Assembly (NCBI RefSeq): GCF_018977255.1
Contig: NW_024704743.1
Span: 3,536,001 to 3,600,000 of the forward strand
DNA length: 64,000 nucleotides
Direction of reading: 5' to 3'
Source of the DNA: Callorhinchus milii
Lineage: Eukaryota
The notes beneath the pieces are model-generated. The model saw only the letters and a list, made by a program, of their open reading frames with translations. It did not search any database and had not been told where the DNA came from. This document shows, piece by piece, positions 46,415 to 60,299 of the stretch. Both the position numbers and the translations under genes were made by a program. How positions within the stretch are numbered: position 1 is the stretch's first letter; every line of letters begins with the position of its first letter.

Positions 46415-46944
46415 ACAATCACCGCATATGATATTTTTTTCTCTATTTACGTGTGTTGAATTACTGAACAGTGTAAAATCACACATCGTCAAGGATTGAG
46501 TAGAATATTAAATACCTCAATATGAAGAAATGTTCAGGGTTATGTTTCTAGTAGCTTGAGATTCTCTACTCTACCTCAACAACATATCTTAATCCCAGGC
46601 TCAGTAAAGTAACCCTATCTATATCAACATGAACATGGCAAGTTTGCTTACCAGCCGGCCTCTTTTAGATGAGGGCTCATTGCCTTGTGCTCTCCATTGG
46701 TGATCGAAGTGTCTATATATACTGGATACTGAATACAATTGGCTTATTTCCCTGAGTTAGCAACAATTTCAGGGAAACTGTTCTGCATTCCAATTAAATT
46801 CCTTCAATTCACATAAACCTCACCTGGAGCTGAGCCTATTTGAGGGAGACATTCATTTGATTGTGATTCCTAAACTCTCGTATAACTCTGAATACTCAAG
46901 AGATATATTTTTTGGAAGGTTATTTTGAAAGAATTTCTTTTTTA

Positions 46945-47215
46945 AGAACATAAGAACATAAGAATTAGGAGCAGGAGTAGGCCATTCGGCCCCTCGAGCC
47001 TGTGCCCCGCCCTTTGATAAGATCATGGCTGATCTTCTGACCTAACTCTAGTTACCTGCCCTAACCCCATATCCCCTAATCCGTCTGTTTTTTTAAAAAT
47101 CTATCAGTCTCAGCCTTGAAGATGTTCAAGGACTGAGCATCTACGACCTTCTGGGGTAGCGAATTCCATAAATTCACTACCCTCTGAGTGAAGAAATGTT
47201 TCCTCAACTCTGTTG
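46945..47215 (-). mobile_element. CR1 3' end with (TTCTTATG)n tail
   Basis: aagaacataagaacataagaattaggagcaggagtaggccattcggcccctcgagcctg. Confidence 0.85.
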
Positions 47216-47784
47216 ACAGATGTTACATAGGAACAGGAGTGGGCATTCAGCCCGTTGAGCTAGCAGATCTTTTAATCTCACTTCCCACATTTTCTCCACT
47301 ACCCATATACCCTGACTATCCAGGTATCTAGCTATGCCCCTTTTAAACATGTTTACGAAGGAAATAAAAAAAAAGAAAGATTGATAACTTCAAACGTACT
47401 GGAAAATGGAATAGACTAAAAGTGCACAGCAGATTTATCAGATCTGAAAGAAAAAGACAGGTTAATATTACAGGGTATAACCCTTCAACTGAACTCCTAT
47501 TTATCTCTTCGATAAAGTAATTGCAATGTCCATACAGAACTGTTCTCTTTGCCTTTAAAATTACAGCTTAAACAACTAGACTAATTTTTTTCCAGTGTTT
47601 AATTTTGCAGACCTAATTTAGGAGAGAATGAAAATGCAATTTATATAAGTCATCAAACATTGGGCATGTTCTGAAAGTCAAATGAGGAAATAAAAATACC
47701 TATTAACTAAGTAGCAGAATCACTCAGCACCATCTAGTGATAGCTTTGACAAATTGCATGAAAGGAATTCCGTCTGTATTAAAT

Positions 47785-48165
47785 AATAATCCTTGCATTT
47801 GATGTAGGGCCTTATCACATCCTCGGGATGTTCTCAAAGTACTGTGAAGTGTAGTGGATGTGTAGTGTAGTGTGAATGCTACGTACACAATGTCCACAAA
47901 CAGCCATGAAGTGAATGACCAATTTTATCCGGGGGATTGTGGGCCAGGACACCGGGAAACCAGAAACTCCTTTCTCTTTTCGAATAGCACCATGGGATCT
48001 TTTACATCCACCGGAACAGGCAGACAGGACCTTAGTTTGCCATCTTATCTGAAGAGTGGCACCTCAGGCAACCCAGCACTCCCGCAACACTGCGTTGGAG
48101 TGTCCGTTCAAAGTCCCAAAGTGGGACTTAAGCAGACCAACACCTTTGACCAAACTGAGTGTCGC
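47785..48165 (-). mobile_element. Older SacSINE1-like DeuSINE
   Basis: ttcgaatagcaccatgggatcttttacatccac (Deu domain, antisense). Confidence 0.75.
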
Positions 48166-49798
48166 GTTCATGACACAAACTGTGAAACTGCTACATGTGT
48201 ATATACATAAATCCTTCAAATAAAAACCCAATAGTAATTTGGTCACTTCAATCCACGACTGTTTGTGGGGACGCTGCTGTGCGCAATTGGCTGCCGGGTT
48301 TCGCCCACAAAATATACAGCCAATTCACTTTACAGTGTATCCTGTGAAGCTCTTTAAGATGTCTCGAAGACGTGAAAAGCTCTATATCAAATGCAAGGGT
48401 TATTATTCAGCATAAAACACATTCAGTAAAAATCTGACACACGTTTTCTCGAAAAAAAACATGGGCGTGTTGGTAAATACACTTAAAGGAACTGCTCTGG
48501 ATGTGTGTTATGACACGCCACCTTGTTGTACGCCAGCTCTTGTAGAACGATCTTCTGAATGTTTTCTCAAACTACCAAAGGTAACGTGCTGACCACAGAC
48601 AGCTCTTGCCACGCAATGTTGAGCAAGCAAACAAAACAGGCCAATTAACTTCACTCAGAAATCTACAATTGTATGTTACCAGCAAGATTTTTTTTACCCT
48701 ATTCTGAAAAGAGTGAATACAATTCAGGTGGCCTCCGCAAATGCACCCCCACGAGCTCATAGCATCACGGAATTTTTTGCTCATTATGGTTTCAGATGGA
48801 ATGGGTGATAATTACTATATTTGGGTACTTGCAACCGTGGATCTGAAACAACAGAAAGAGTAGGAAAAGCACGATAAGGTTAAGGATGCAAAATTATTGT
48901 TGTCATGTCTGTGCAGGCTGATATTTAGAGGTGTGAAAGTATTTCTGAAGCTATTAATGTGTGCCTTCCTTTCCCCTTTTGCTCAGCTGGCTGAGGTCTT
49001 CGTACCGTGCCTCGACCCCTCGCTCAACTATTGGAAACCGTGCTTTCAGCCATTACACCCCAGACCTCAATACTTCCTGCCTCAATCGCTGCACCTTGCC
49101 CCTCTTTGCCTCTCTTGAGATCCTCTTCAACCGTACCCTACGATCACCTCCGCTTTCTTCTTGACTCGATGTCAAAATACGCCATTGTTGAGCACTCAGG
49201 GATGCCTTCCTGTGTGAAGGGCGCTATATAAGTGCAAGTTGTTGCAGTTGAATGTTTGAAGCCTCTGGTCTAGCCCCAGCTGTTCCCCTTTGCCTAATCC
49301 CTGAAACCGATCGATGGTTCGTGCCCCAGCCTTTCATCCTTGACATCCTTCTGCCTGCAGTACATCGATCATCCTGCAGTCAGGCCCAAACTGTCCAGCA
49401 TTAGCTTACGGTTAGCCTGTCGCCAAGCAACACACCTGCCTTTGGAATATCGGAGACTTCCTTATCCTTATCCTTGTCCCTTGCTACATTTCTACCTCGT
49501 GTCTGACTGGCCGGTGAGAGAGTTACTGCGATTTCCACAGTGATTTGCTGCCAAACATTTTGTACACATGGAGACTAAGGAACTCTGCTCCTGAGCACTA
49601 ATACCATGGTATTCACAGGTGGGTACAGATTGAATTAGGTTTATTCCCTGTCCAGGTGCCCAGGCAACAATGTGAAGAGCCTTGGGATGTCCTCCCGTCG
49701 TGTAAAGGCGCTATATAAATGCAATTTGTTGTTGTTGTTGTATTTGATGGGTTACAGGAAATAGAAAACTTTCCAGCCGTCAATAAGACAACACAAGT

Positions 49799-50243
49799 GT
49801 GTCAGCCTGGGTCAGTTTAGTAGCACTCTTGCCTCTGAGTCAGAAGATTGTGGGGTTCAAGCCCCATGTCGGAACTCACGTGGTCTAAGCTGATACTCCA
49901 GTGCAGTTCCGGGTGTAACCTGCATTGTGGGAGGTGCCATCCTTCAGACCAGACTTTAAACTGATGTGTTCAGGTACACGTTAGAGATGTCACGGCACTA
50001 TTCGAAAAGAGAGAGAAGGGAGATTCTCTGGTGTCTTGGCCAACAAATCCCCCAAACAAAAAAATCGGTCACTGCGTTGCTTTTGTTGGACATTGCTATG
50101 CGCAAACTTGCTGCCATTTTTTTGCACACAAAATATATAGTCGATTAATGCACTTTACAGTATATATGTGAAGCACTTTGAGATGTTCTCCTGACGTGAA
50201 GGCCACCATACCAAATACCAAACGCAAGGATTATTATTATTAT
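49799..50243 (+). mobile_element. Older SacSINE1-like DeuSINE, near full length
   Basis: tagcactcttgcctctgagtcagaag head, Deu domain, tail. Confidence 0.8.
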
Positions 50244-53113
50244 CATGATATCGTTTTGTTTAATGCCATGCAATGAACTCTAATTCATTAGATTGTGGTG
50301 TCCTGCCCTTGTGCTGAGGAGCGGAGAGCTAGAATTGGAAGAAATGTTTATTTTGTTGAAATTTGAACCCAAAGTGAACTGTGGAGCAGTCAGCGTATAT
50401 GACTCCACAGCACTGTACGGCTGATTTGATACTTGACGGCTGAGCGTGAGAAACCTACACAATCCAGGAGATGCGTCGAAGCATTAGAAAGCCCCTTTTG
50501 AGGAAGTCACAAACATTATGAGATCAGTTGTTCATTCGTCCCCCAAGCACCCTAGTGGCATGAACAAAAATGCCTTTGTGAAAATGACGAATGAACTGGT
50601 TAATGTGAACCAGTTAATGTTCAGGGCCTGCTGAGGTACAAGTTCAACTTCACACGCATTAAAAGTTAAGCAACTACAAAAAGGAATTAAATTAGCGCAT
50701 TTGAATTCTACGGACGCAAGGCGTTAAAAGGTGCAGCAATCTTTTAGGGAGGTGCCAAACATGTGGAATGAAATTGCTGTTGAAGTGTCTAACTCTTTGG
50801 GGACTTCATGCTCCACTACTTTGCCACCCATGCATACGGAGATACTAATGACAGAGAGGCTGCCCATCAGGGAATGCAATTCCGTTCAGACATTTTCCCC
50901 GAAATGGATTATTTCAGCCTCGTTGGTCACAGATTCTGGAGGTTTCCAGTGATTCATCTTACTATTAATGATGTCAGAGAATTTTAGGACTGTGAATTAA
51001 ATAATGATAAATAGGACTACTGAATGATCTAGGCCGCAGCAGTGCTGTTTATTTCCATGTGAAGCTCTGTCAAGGCTGATAAATCGGATGCCTGAAATAG
51101 TTTAGAAAGTGCAGAATTGATGTGGTGGTGAGAGAGGGAGAGAATTAATGCTGCAGAATGGGCCTGAACCCAGATCTGATGAAAACGGAGGAGAGACTTT
51201 TATATGAATTGTCTTTCTCAATAGGAAGTGTTTGAAATGGGAGGGGCAATAGGGGATGGAAGGCAAGCTCACCCGAAAATATGTGTTGCCACAGATTTCT
51301 GTAGTTAAAGATGGTTATGAGGCTTCGCAGCGAACCAATTGAGGATATAAACTGAATAAAAAGCAGAGGAAAAATGATAAAGATTAAATGGTCGAACTAT
51401 AAGCTTTGAAGATGAGGGGAGAAAAGATGTGAGAACAGGGAAGTACCGTGATGCCAAAGCTCTTTCATCAGTGGGTTTTTTTAAAGTAAAAGAAACATTT
51501 AGAACAAAAAATACGGTATATAAAATTCTCAGCCCACTCCGTAGTTGCCTTTACAATGTCTATTTTGTGTTTTTTTTTAATTCAAACAGATCCCTTGTTG
51601 AAAATAAATTGATTATGGAATATTTCTACACCGCAGCAGCAAGAAACAGATCTTATTTGCATGTCCTTTGACACCACCAATTACAAAAGTCGCTCCTTAA
51701 CCAATCTGTTAAGATTTGTTTTGTTTTTTTCCTCTCTGCTTTTCTCTCCCTAGAGAAAAATGACTGCATGGTACTGTGTTTAAGTCAATGCTCTATTCCC
51801 AGTGATACGGTTGTTCAGGATCCAGTTAATTTTCATTTGAGCTTTATTAAGTCAGAGCTAATTAATTTTGCTTTTTTTAAAAAAAGAAGACTATTTTCCC
51901 CGTTAATGCAATGATATTCCTATGACTCAGTCAGAGTATCATTTTTTCCCTATGGTGATATGCCCTACATAGCAACCCAGCTGAAAACTGATCATGAAAC
52001 TTAAGGACTCAAGCTGGTTAGTGGGTTGGAGTGTTGCCTCTGTCTGAACGGAAAACCGCAGCCAAAAGTTACATCGATCATGGACTGGCAGCTGCTGTAC
52101 CAGATCATCTCCACCAAAGGGAGTGTGTTTTATTTCTTGGAGCCAGATCCATTGCACGTTCTCACTTGTTAATCATCTTGAGTCCCAGCCAACAATCCCC
52201 CGGATAAAATTTGGTTGTTCGCTTCATGGCTGTTTGAGGTATACGTTGCAGCGTGCAAATTGGCTGCCTCGTTTGACCTACAAAATACAGAGTCACGGTG
52301 CTCTACAATAAAGACCTGTGAGACATTCTCCCGATGAGAAGGGTGCTGTATTAAAATTAAGGATTATCGTCCACAGATGCTGCCGGACCTGCTGAATGCT
52401 CCCAGCGACTTGTGCTTTTGTTAAGGATTATTATTACTTGTTAATACTGTTCATACTCACTCCCCCCCCCCGCCCCTCGCCTTCTCCCTCGCTTGGGGTC
52501 TGAGCCCATTCCTTGTGAAGTGTTCAAGACATCATCCAATATGAAGGGCGCTATATCAATGCAAGTTTTTGGATACTGTGTATCATAAGTAATTTGCCTC
52601 CACAACGACAACTTGCATTTATATAGAGACTAATTTCCTGAAGGATAATGTCTGGGAGTGCTGATCGGAATGCAGGCGAGGGAAAATATTTTTCAGCTTT
52701 TTATGGTACGAAGGATGGTGCAAGGATGGCTTTCTGAGCACTTGGGCAAATTTCACTTCCTGCTATATTCCCTTCTGAAAAATTCTTCCTCTTTGATGCA
52801 GGTGACAGAAATCCGAGGCCAGAAGAAGCATCAGAGAAATGCAGTGCAATTAGGGTTATCCAGGTCACCGGCTGAGCTTGCTGTTATCGTACTGGTTGAA
52901 GAACGAGAGTGACAGGAGCTGTCTCCTACACACTGGAAGGAGTTAGGAGCAGCCAGGGACTGTGTTACAAGGGCAACAGAACGCACAGCTCTCCCTAAAG
53001 TATTCCACATTAGGATTCATATCTCCAGGCACTCCACTTCTTTTCCAGCTACACAAGAGGTCTCAGTCCATCAATGAGGCATTCACATTTTCTGAACATT
53101 TTCCAATCATAAA

Positions 53114-53488
53114 AATAATAATCCTGCATTTGATACGGCGCCTTATCCACGTCTTCGAGATGTCTCAAAGCGCTTCACAGAATATACTGTTAAGCGAATT
53201 GACTGTATATTTTGTGGGCGAAACGCGGCAGCCAATTGCGCGCGGCAGCGTCCCCGCAAACAATGGTGCTTTGAAGTGAACAATTTATTCTTAGGATTTT
53301 TTTAAGGAATTATTACCCCCGGAAAAGCGATACCCCAATCGACTTAACAACCGGGTTCCTACTTCCTGCTAGGTAAACAAAAGGCGTGTGGAGTAAGGAA
53401 ACTTGCCCACCGTTTCGCCCTGCCGGGAATCGAACCCAGGTCTCTCTCTTGAGAGGCGAGCGCTCTAACCACTGAGCTACAGGACTCC
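53114..53488 (-). mobile_element. Full-length, well-preserved Deu-domain tRNA SINE
   Basis: Intact A box and B box (ggttcgattccc) on the minus strand. Confidence 0.9.
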
Positions 53489-54689
53489 TATTAATCCCAA
53501 CTGTTGGCACATTTGTTATTTGGGCTTGTGAAGAGCTGAGACTCACCTTCTCCCCCACCCCCCCGACTACCCCCGCCCCCACCAAAAAAAACCATCTTGA
53601 CAAGATTCCCATCCAGGGCTCAGTGATGAAGAAAGCATATTCCGAGTTTCCGGCAAAATTGACAGTTTTCTTTAACTTGCGATTTACAATTTATCCGAGA
53701 AATGGATTCTGACGATTGCGTTGAGGAAATGCTGATGGATTGTGTGTTGCTGATTCAGATCAGCAGTGCATACAATTGTGTTGTACTAACCCGTCTGTCG
53801 AGTCATAGTGAGCGTTGGAGCAAACAGTACCAACCTTCTGCGATGACAGAGCCTGTGTCGAAGCCAAATCACACACACCGACCTATCTGCCTGCCAGACA
53901 CACAAAAAAAATTTCAGGGCAGGATAATGGAATTTTGATACCAAACGTTTTAGGCTCATGTTGAAGCAGATTTGCAAATGAAGGAGTTATTACTGTTGAG
54001 GGTAAATTCTTTAGACGAGGCGCTGGGTAAATTTGCTTAAAGAAGTGGGATCCTTTTTTACGGTTGCAAATACAGATACGCTGATATGAATTAGGTTCCA
54101 TCTGCTTCTGACTCAGATGAGTGGATTGAGATTCACTCCCTCACCCTCCCCGCCCGCCACACCCCACAACTTCCCTGCGCCACTAAACATGGTTTATATT
54201 CCTGCCTCATCCAAATTCACCCACCAAATCCTATTGTACTCAACTCATTGTTGTTTGTGGATGTCTCCGTCGCAACAATTCAGCTCATTTCTAATTAATA
54301 TCATTCTGTAAAGCTCTTTGGGATATTTGATGCGAAAGGCGTTGTATAAATGTAAGTTGTTACTGAAATTCATCACTTGCTCTTGGTGGCTTTGCGCCAG
54401 AGATCGCGCCCAACTTTCTTGGTCCTCAAGGACAAAGAGGTTTGAGAAAAACTGGGCCGCCTGCCTTATAGTGCAGTAGTTTGGGTCTGTGAAGTCAGAT
54501 CCTATGCTACAACGAAAGCTGTCCTCCCAACCTGAAAGGGCTATGCAATTTGAATTTGACTGTGATTTTGCTTATCAGTACATTTTTCTCTCTGTCAATT
54601 TTATATTTCACGGAAAATATTCTAACGCTACCATGAGAATAATCTAAGTATGCTTCGAAAGATCCTTTTGTGGTCTGTGTATTGGACCT

Positions 54690-55050
54690 GGTTCGAGGTG
54701 TGCAAGATTATGAAGGGATTTGACAGGGTAAGTAGGGAGAAGTTATTTCATTTGATCAGGGAGTTACTAACTTAGTTTTGAGGTAGTTACACGAACAGCG
54801 AAAGAACTTTGGAGGAAGTTTTTCACCCAGAGAGTTGTTGGGACGTAGAGTGGTGGAGACAGAGTCCAAAGTAAGAGGGAAGTAGACAACAACAACAACT
54901 TGCATTTATAGAGTGCCCGACACGCCAGGCAGCCATATCAAAAGAGGGGATAAGGCAAGGTGCTGGGATTAAATTGATCTCCTTGCTCTGTGAGCCAGTG
55001 TGGACTTGATGTGGACTCCTTGTGCGCTATAGATTTTTTGGTTCTGTTGG
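54690..55050 (+). mobile_element. Degraded CR1 3' end
   Basis: gaggtgtgcaagattatgaagggatttgacagggta...ttttcacccagagagttg. Confidence 0.65.
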
Positions 55051-55848
55051 CTCTAAAGCTAAGCAAACGTTGCTAAAGAAGTTATTTAAAAACAAAGCTG
55101 GAAATTAAATATTAAATGTCGAATGAAAAGAGAACAAAATATAACTATAACCTTGGGCACAAAGGCACAATGAGATTGATTTTCTGATCATTTGTACATT
55201 ACTGACCAGTGTTTGTCCTCCAACATCAGTAAATTTGCCGGTCATAGGAACAGGAAGCCATTCAGCCCATCAGTGACTGATTGGGGTCAAGATTGTAGTG
55301 ATTCATAATGCCGCTCCTCTGGAACTCTGCCTAGTGTGATCGATTTCCAGAGTTGAGTACCCACAGGTTGGCGTGATGTACTTCTGATGACTGGAAGAGA
55401 TTATATTTGTGACTTGGGGTTGTTCGTAGTAAATCCTGGTGTGAATAGCCAGAATTTAGACCCTCCTGTTTGGCTGAGATCATTGTGACCAAACTCTGTA
55501 GTATATCTGATGTCTTGACGCACTGTGTTCCTGTGAATCATAACTCACCAACGCTGAGATAGATTTTCCCTTTTGCGAGCTGAAAAACACAGTGACTTTT
55601 CCACCAGGCAATAAATACAAGTGCATTGATCTCACCATCTCAATATGTCAATGTGGCCCTATTTGTTTTTCTGTACCAAGACCTCAGCTGGAGGTGTCCT
55701 CATCCTTACCTTTTTCTTTTTTATGCCAAGGTAATTTTTTGGTGGTGGATAATTATTATATTGTTATAAAATTAATGGAAGTTTACACCCATGGTTGGTT
55801 TGACCACAGTTTTCGTCGCCAGTGCTGGTTCTCATCAGTAGATATTTA

Positions 55849-56210
55849 CTGTAGCTCAGTGGTTAGAGCATTCGCCTTGCAAGGGAGAGGAATTGGGTTT
55901 GATTCCCAGGCAGGGTGAAACGTTGGGCAAGTTTCCATACTCCACACGCCTCTCCTCACCTAGCAGTAAGTAGGTGTTAGTCGATTAGCGCATCGCTTTT
56001 ACGTGGATAATAATCCCTACAAAAATAAATAAATAAATAAATAAAATAGTAATAAACTGGTCGCTCAATCCACAACTGCAATTGGCAGCCGCATTTCGCC
56101 CACATAGTATACAGTCAATTCACTTTACAGTATTTTCTGTGAAGCGCTTTATGACGTCTCGAATACGTGAGAAGGTGCTATATCGAATGCAAGGATTATT
56201 AATATTATTA
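55849..56210 (+). mobile_element. Deu-domain tRNA SINE
   Basis: ctgtagctcagtggttagagc head and family tail. Confidence 0.85.
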
Positions 56211-58019
56211 ATTAACGTAGAACGTTTCAGTACAGAAGAAAGGTCGTATAGGCGACATGCCTGTTGTGAGAGCAGTCTGTTTAAACCAAACCCCACCTTT
56301 TCACCGTATCCTCCAACATCACAGGACAAGGCACCTCAATTTGTGTATATTTTGCGTAATAAAAATACAGAGATATGTAATAACCATAATCATCTTTGCA
56401 TTTGGTAGATTGCTTTTATTCTGTCGCTGGAACATCTCAAAGCGCTACACAGGATATGCTGTAAAGTGGTGCGACTGTCTGTATTTTCTGGGTGAATATC
56501 TTTTCAGTAAACAGCTTATTTTTCCTCGCTTCTGTACCCAGTTTGTATCTCTCCTCCTTGACAAAAGTCCTCACTCGAATTCCACAGACAGCTTCGAAAT
56601 GTGCAGCTCATCCTCTCCAAGACGATACCAGTTAACTTCTGGAAATGTTTCCAACACATGGTAGGTAGCCTTTTCTTCCAGTCAGTGCCCTGGGATCCTG
56701 CTTGAATGCAGAGTAATATTTACGTGTGTGTGTGTAAGAAAGAGATAGAGAGATGGACAAACACACACATGGCTAGACAGTCGGAAAGACATAAAAATAA
56801 GATGCTGCTCTGTGTGTCATGAACAGCACAGATGTGTTGCAAACAGTAAAAAAAAATGCCTTTGCAGGCATTGCTGGTAGTTGTTTAATCGGGAAGTGAT
56901 GGCTGTGAATTTTGACATTGATGTAGTGCAGTTTGTCTATTATATTAGTGTCAATCACTGCTGCTCTTTGTAAAAGGTGGGTTTTTCTCCCCCTCCTCTC
57001 CCTGCCACTGTCAGTTCCTCCCAAAGCTTCTATTGAAGTCAACCTTTGCTCGCACTTATCATCCACACCCAGGCAGGCTTCATTTTAAATTAGGTATCCA
57101 AGAATAAATAAAAAAAATCGATGGCTTTCATTCCCAATCACATTGCACTTCACCGAAACTAAACCCTGATTTAGCAGAAGTGATGGTATCGTAGAAAATT
57201 GCTGACATTTCCTGTGTATTTATATATTTTTGAAAAACACGTTTCATAGCGGCAACCAGTCCTGCATCAGCTGCTCACATCAAATGCTGGAAAGCCATTT
57301 TTTTAAATTTGAATTTGGACTCATAAACCTGAACCAGCTGTGCATTAAATTTGCAGACGGAAACACGAAGAAAGGTTTTAATATTTGAATAATAATGGGA
57401 ACTCGAGAAATGCCGATTTATTAAGGTTGCAGAGTTTTGTTTCTTCCAGCGCCTGTGACCTTTCTTTTCCTTGTTAAGTCTCCATGTTTCAAGCACCTAC
57501 CTATTTGTTACTCTATTACACTTCACTGAGAAAGATAATTACAGTTAAAATTAAAGTCCTTTGACTGTGTCCTGCTGCCTTTTAACCGCATGACATGGGA
57601 GAGAGGTCAATTTCTGCACGTTCACCTCGTGTTCAGAAGATTCATGTTTGCCTCATGTGAAGTCAATATCTTAGCGTTGAAAAGAGTTAGGATAGCACTA
57701 ACAATCCATCAGGGGCCCTTCTTTTACTGTGCCGTCTCCTTGCTCCACTGGTTCAGAAATTGTGGCATGACACGTCGAACTGGATATCTTTCTGGTTAAC
57801 ACAAAGAGCAGCTTCTGCTCTGGTATCTAACCCCTGAAGGAATCGCAGTGGCGCTTCTAGAGAGAAAAGTGAAAACATCTTTCTGCGTTACAGTGCTACA
57901 CCGAGGCAATGGGTGGGTTAGTCCGCTGCCCCATATGAGCTTGTAATAGGAGCAGAGAAACATAGAATAGAAGTCATCTCACTCAGCTCCTGTTAACGCT
58001 GGAAGCCAAAGTCCTAATG

Positions 58020-58230
58020 GGTAGGATGTTCCTAGCTGGACAAGCAGCGGGAAAGCTTGGCCAGACAATGGCAAGCGGTGCGGTTTTACCTTTCGACTTC
58101 AGTAGCACCTCAACGCACACTCTGGGTTTCCCTAAGCTTCGACTTTTGCCAGCCTATGCCTAACAGTCACTGGGATTAGGTAAGTGGGACCTGTCCCTCT
58201 GGGAAGAGAGAGTGTGTTGAACTCCAATAC
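58020..58230 (+). mobile_element. Fragment of the 15240-16270 repeat family (opposite orientation)
   Basis: gaaagcttggccagacaatggcaag and gattaggtaagtgggac...gagagagtgtg match the reverse complement of 15325-15500. Confidence 0.6.
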
Positions 58231-58649
58231 TTCTTTGCCAGAGAGTAGCCTAAATTTAATTGGAAAATTACACTTTGACGTAAAGAGTAGCTCTAGTTAA
58301 GAGGAATATAAAAAAATACGTCGCTCTATTGAAGCCAAACTTTGTGATTTAATTCTGAATGGGTTGGAGGGAGAAATAATTCTTTACAAGTTGGGTGGAA
58401 GAATTATTCAGGCGAGGGGGTTATTCAGTCCCAAACCTTTCTTAACACCTTAAATCATAGCAGATTCATGTCTGCATCTTTTTCCATTTGTCTTAATTCC
58501 TTCTCAAGTGGTTATCTATCTCCCTTTCAAGCATCCCATTTGATTCTGTATCTACGGATACGTGGGACGTTACAATCCAAATTCTCACAGACATTTGTTA
58601 TACGTGGATGAAAGGCTGCAAGATTGTTGCTGTTTGTTTTTACCAAAGC

Positions 58650-58805
58650 TTAGATAATTATTTGGGGAGGACAAGTTTGCAGGGCTACGGGGAGAGAGCG
58701 CGGGGGAAGTGGGATTGAATTGGATAGCTCTTTTCGAAGAGCCGGCACAGACACAATGGGCTGAATGGCCTCCTTCGGTGCTGTATATTTCTATGATTCT
58801 ATGAT
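58650..58805 (+). mobile_element. CR1 3'UTR (same subfamily as 16912-17255)
   Basis: agataattatttggggaggaca...gagccggcacagacac..tgggctgaatggcctccttc..(ttctatga)n. Confidence 0.85.
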
Positions 58806-59928
58806 TGATGAAGCTTTGAAGCCATATTTTATTGTGCAGTGGTTGTAAAGCTGGGTGTTCTCAGAGAAACTATGACAATCTGCAGTTGGAGCTAATAATA
58901 TTTTATCTTGATAACCACCGCAGGCATTTTTCGTATAAACGTCCTTACAGCTTCTGTTGGATTTTGGGGGGGGGGGGGGGGGGTTGATTTTAATATCCAT
59001 GAAATCAACAGCAAGCCCGCTGACAGAACCAGTTTTAATCAAGACTTGGGCGATTAAGAGGAATTGCTTCTCTACAGCAGTGGCTGTGATAAATCAAGTG
59101 AGATCAACTGATTGCATCACTTCAGAGCAACGCAAAACCTGTCCCATTCGATAACATAATAACTGGACAAGCTCCCATTACTGCAATCAGCAGCTGCGTT
59201 TAGGCAGGTTACGTTGTACTCCTAGGTCATTGCACAGAATTAGAGCGGCAGGAACAGAGAGAGAGAGAGCTCTGTTCCGTTTGGTGGCCGACAGCAACTT
59301 GGCGACGTAGTGAAGATTTTCGGCCCCTTGAGTCTGCACCAGATCTCAGTTCAAGGTGTTCCTCGAAGCCCACTGCCCTACCTTCTCCCCAAACCCCTTC
59401 AAGCCTCTATCCTTCATGTACCTGTCTACTTCTCACTTGAAACCCACAGATGATTCTGCTTCTATCACCTTACTTGACAAGGTATTTCGCATCCTAAAAA
59501 CTGGGTGAAAAAAGTTGCCTAAGCTCTCCTTTTGCGTATGACTATCTCATATCCCAGTCACTGATTCCCCCAGTAGTGGAAATAGCTTATTTTGATTTAT
59601 CCTGTCAATACCCCTATTTTAGGTTTCCTCTCAGCCTTCTCTGCTTCAGTGAAAATTCTCCAATCTTCTCATAACTAAAACCCCTATAATTCTTGTTTCA
59701 CCTATGTTTAGCTATCGCTATGTTTCACCTCTGTATCCAATTTTGTGCTAAAATGCTTTCTTGGGTAGTAATTTACGGAGGGAGAATTGCAGGGCACTTC
59801 AAATGAAATAATCAGGAGACAGATCTGTAACACTCAAGTCTTTGTAGGTCAGTTCTGAATACTCACTCCAGAAAGGTCCCAGATTTAGTGGACAGATCTG
59901 TACTATGTGATGAGTGAGTCAAACTTGT

Positions 59929-60299
59929 AGTCCTGTAGCTCAGTGGTTAGAGCACTCACCTCACGAGCGAGAGGACCTGGGCTTGATTCCCGGCAGGGTG
60001 AAATGTGGGGCAAGTTTCCATACTCCACACGCCTCTGTTTACCTAGCAGTAAGTAGGAACCCGGTTGTTATTCGATTGGTGGATCGTTTTTAACGTCGGA
60101 TAATTCCTTCAAAAACAAATAATAATAAAATCCATGACTGTTTGTGGGGACGCTGCTGTGCGCAATTGGCTGCCCTCGTTTCATCCACAATATGTACAAT
60201 CAATTCACTTTACAATATATTCTATGAAGCGCTTTGAGACGTCTCGAAGACATGATAAGGCGCTGTATCAAATGCAAGGATTATTATTATTATTATTAT
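59929..60299 (+). mobile_element. Deu-domain tRNA SINE
   Basis: Head, core and (TTA)n tail. Confidence 0.88.
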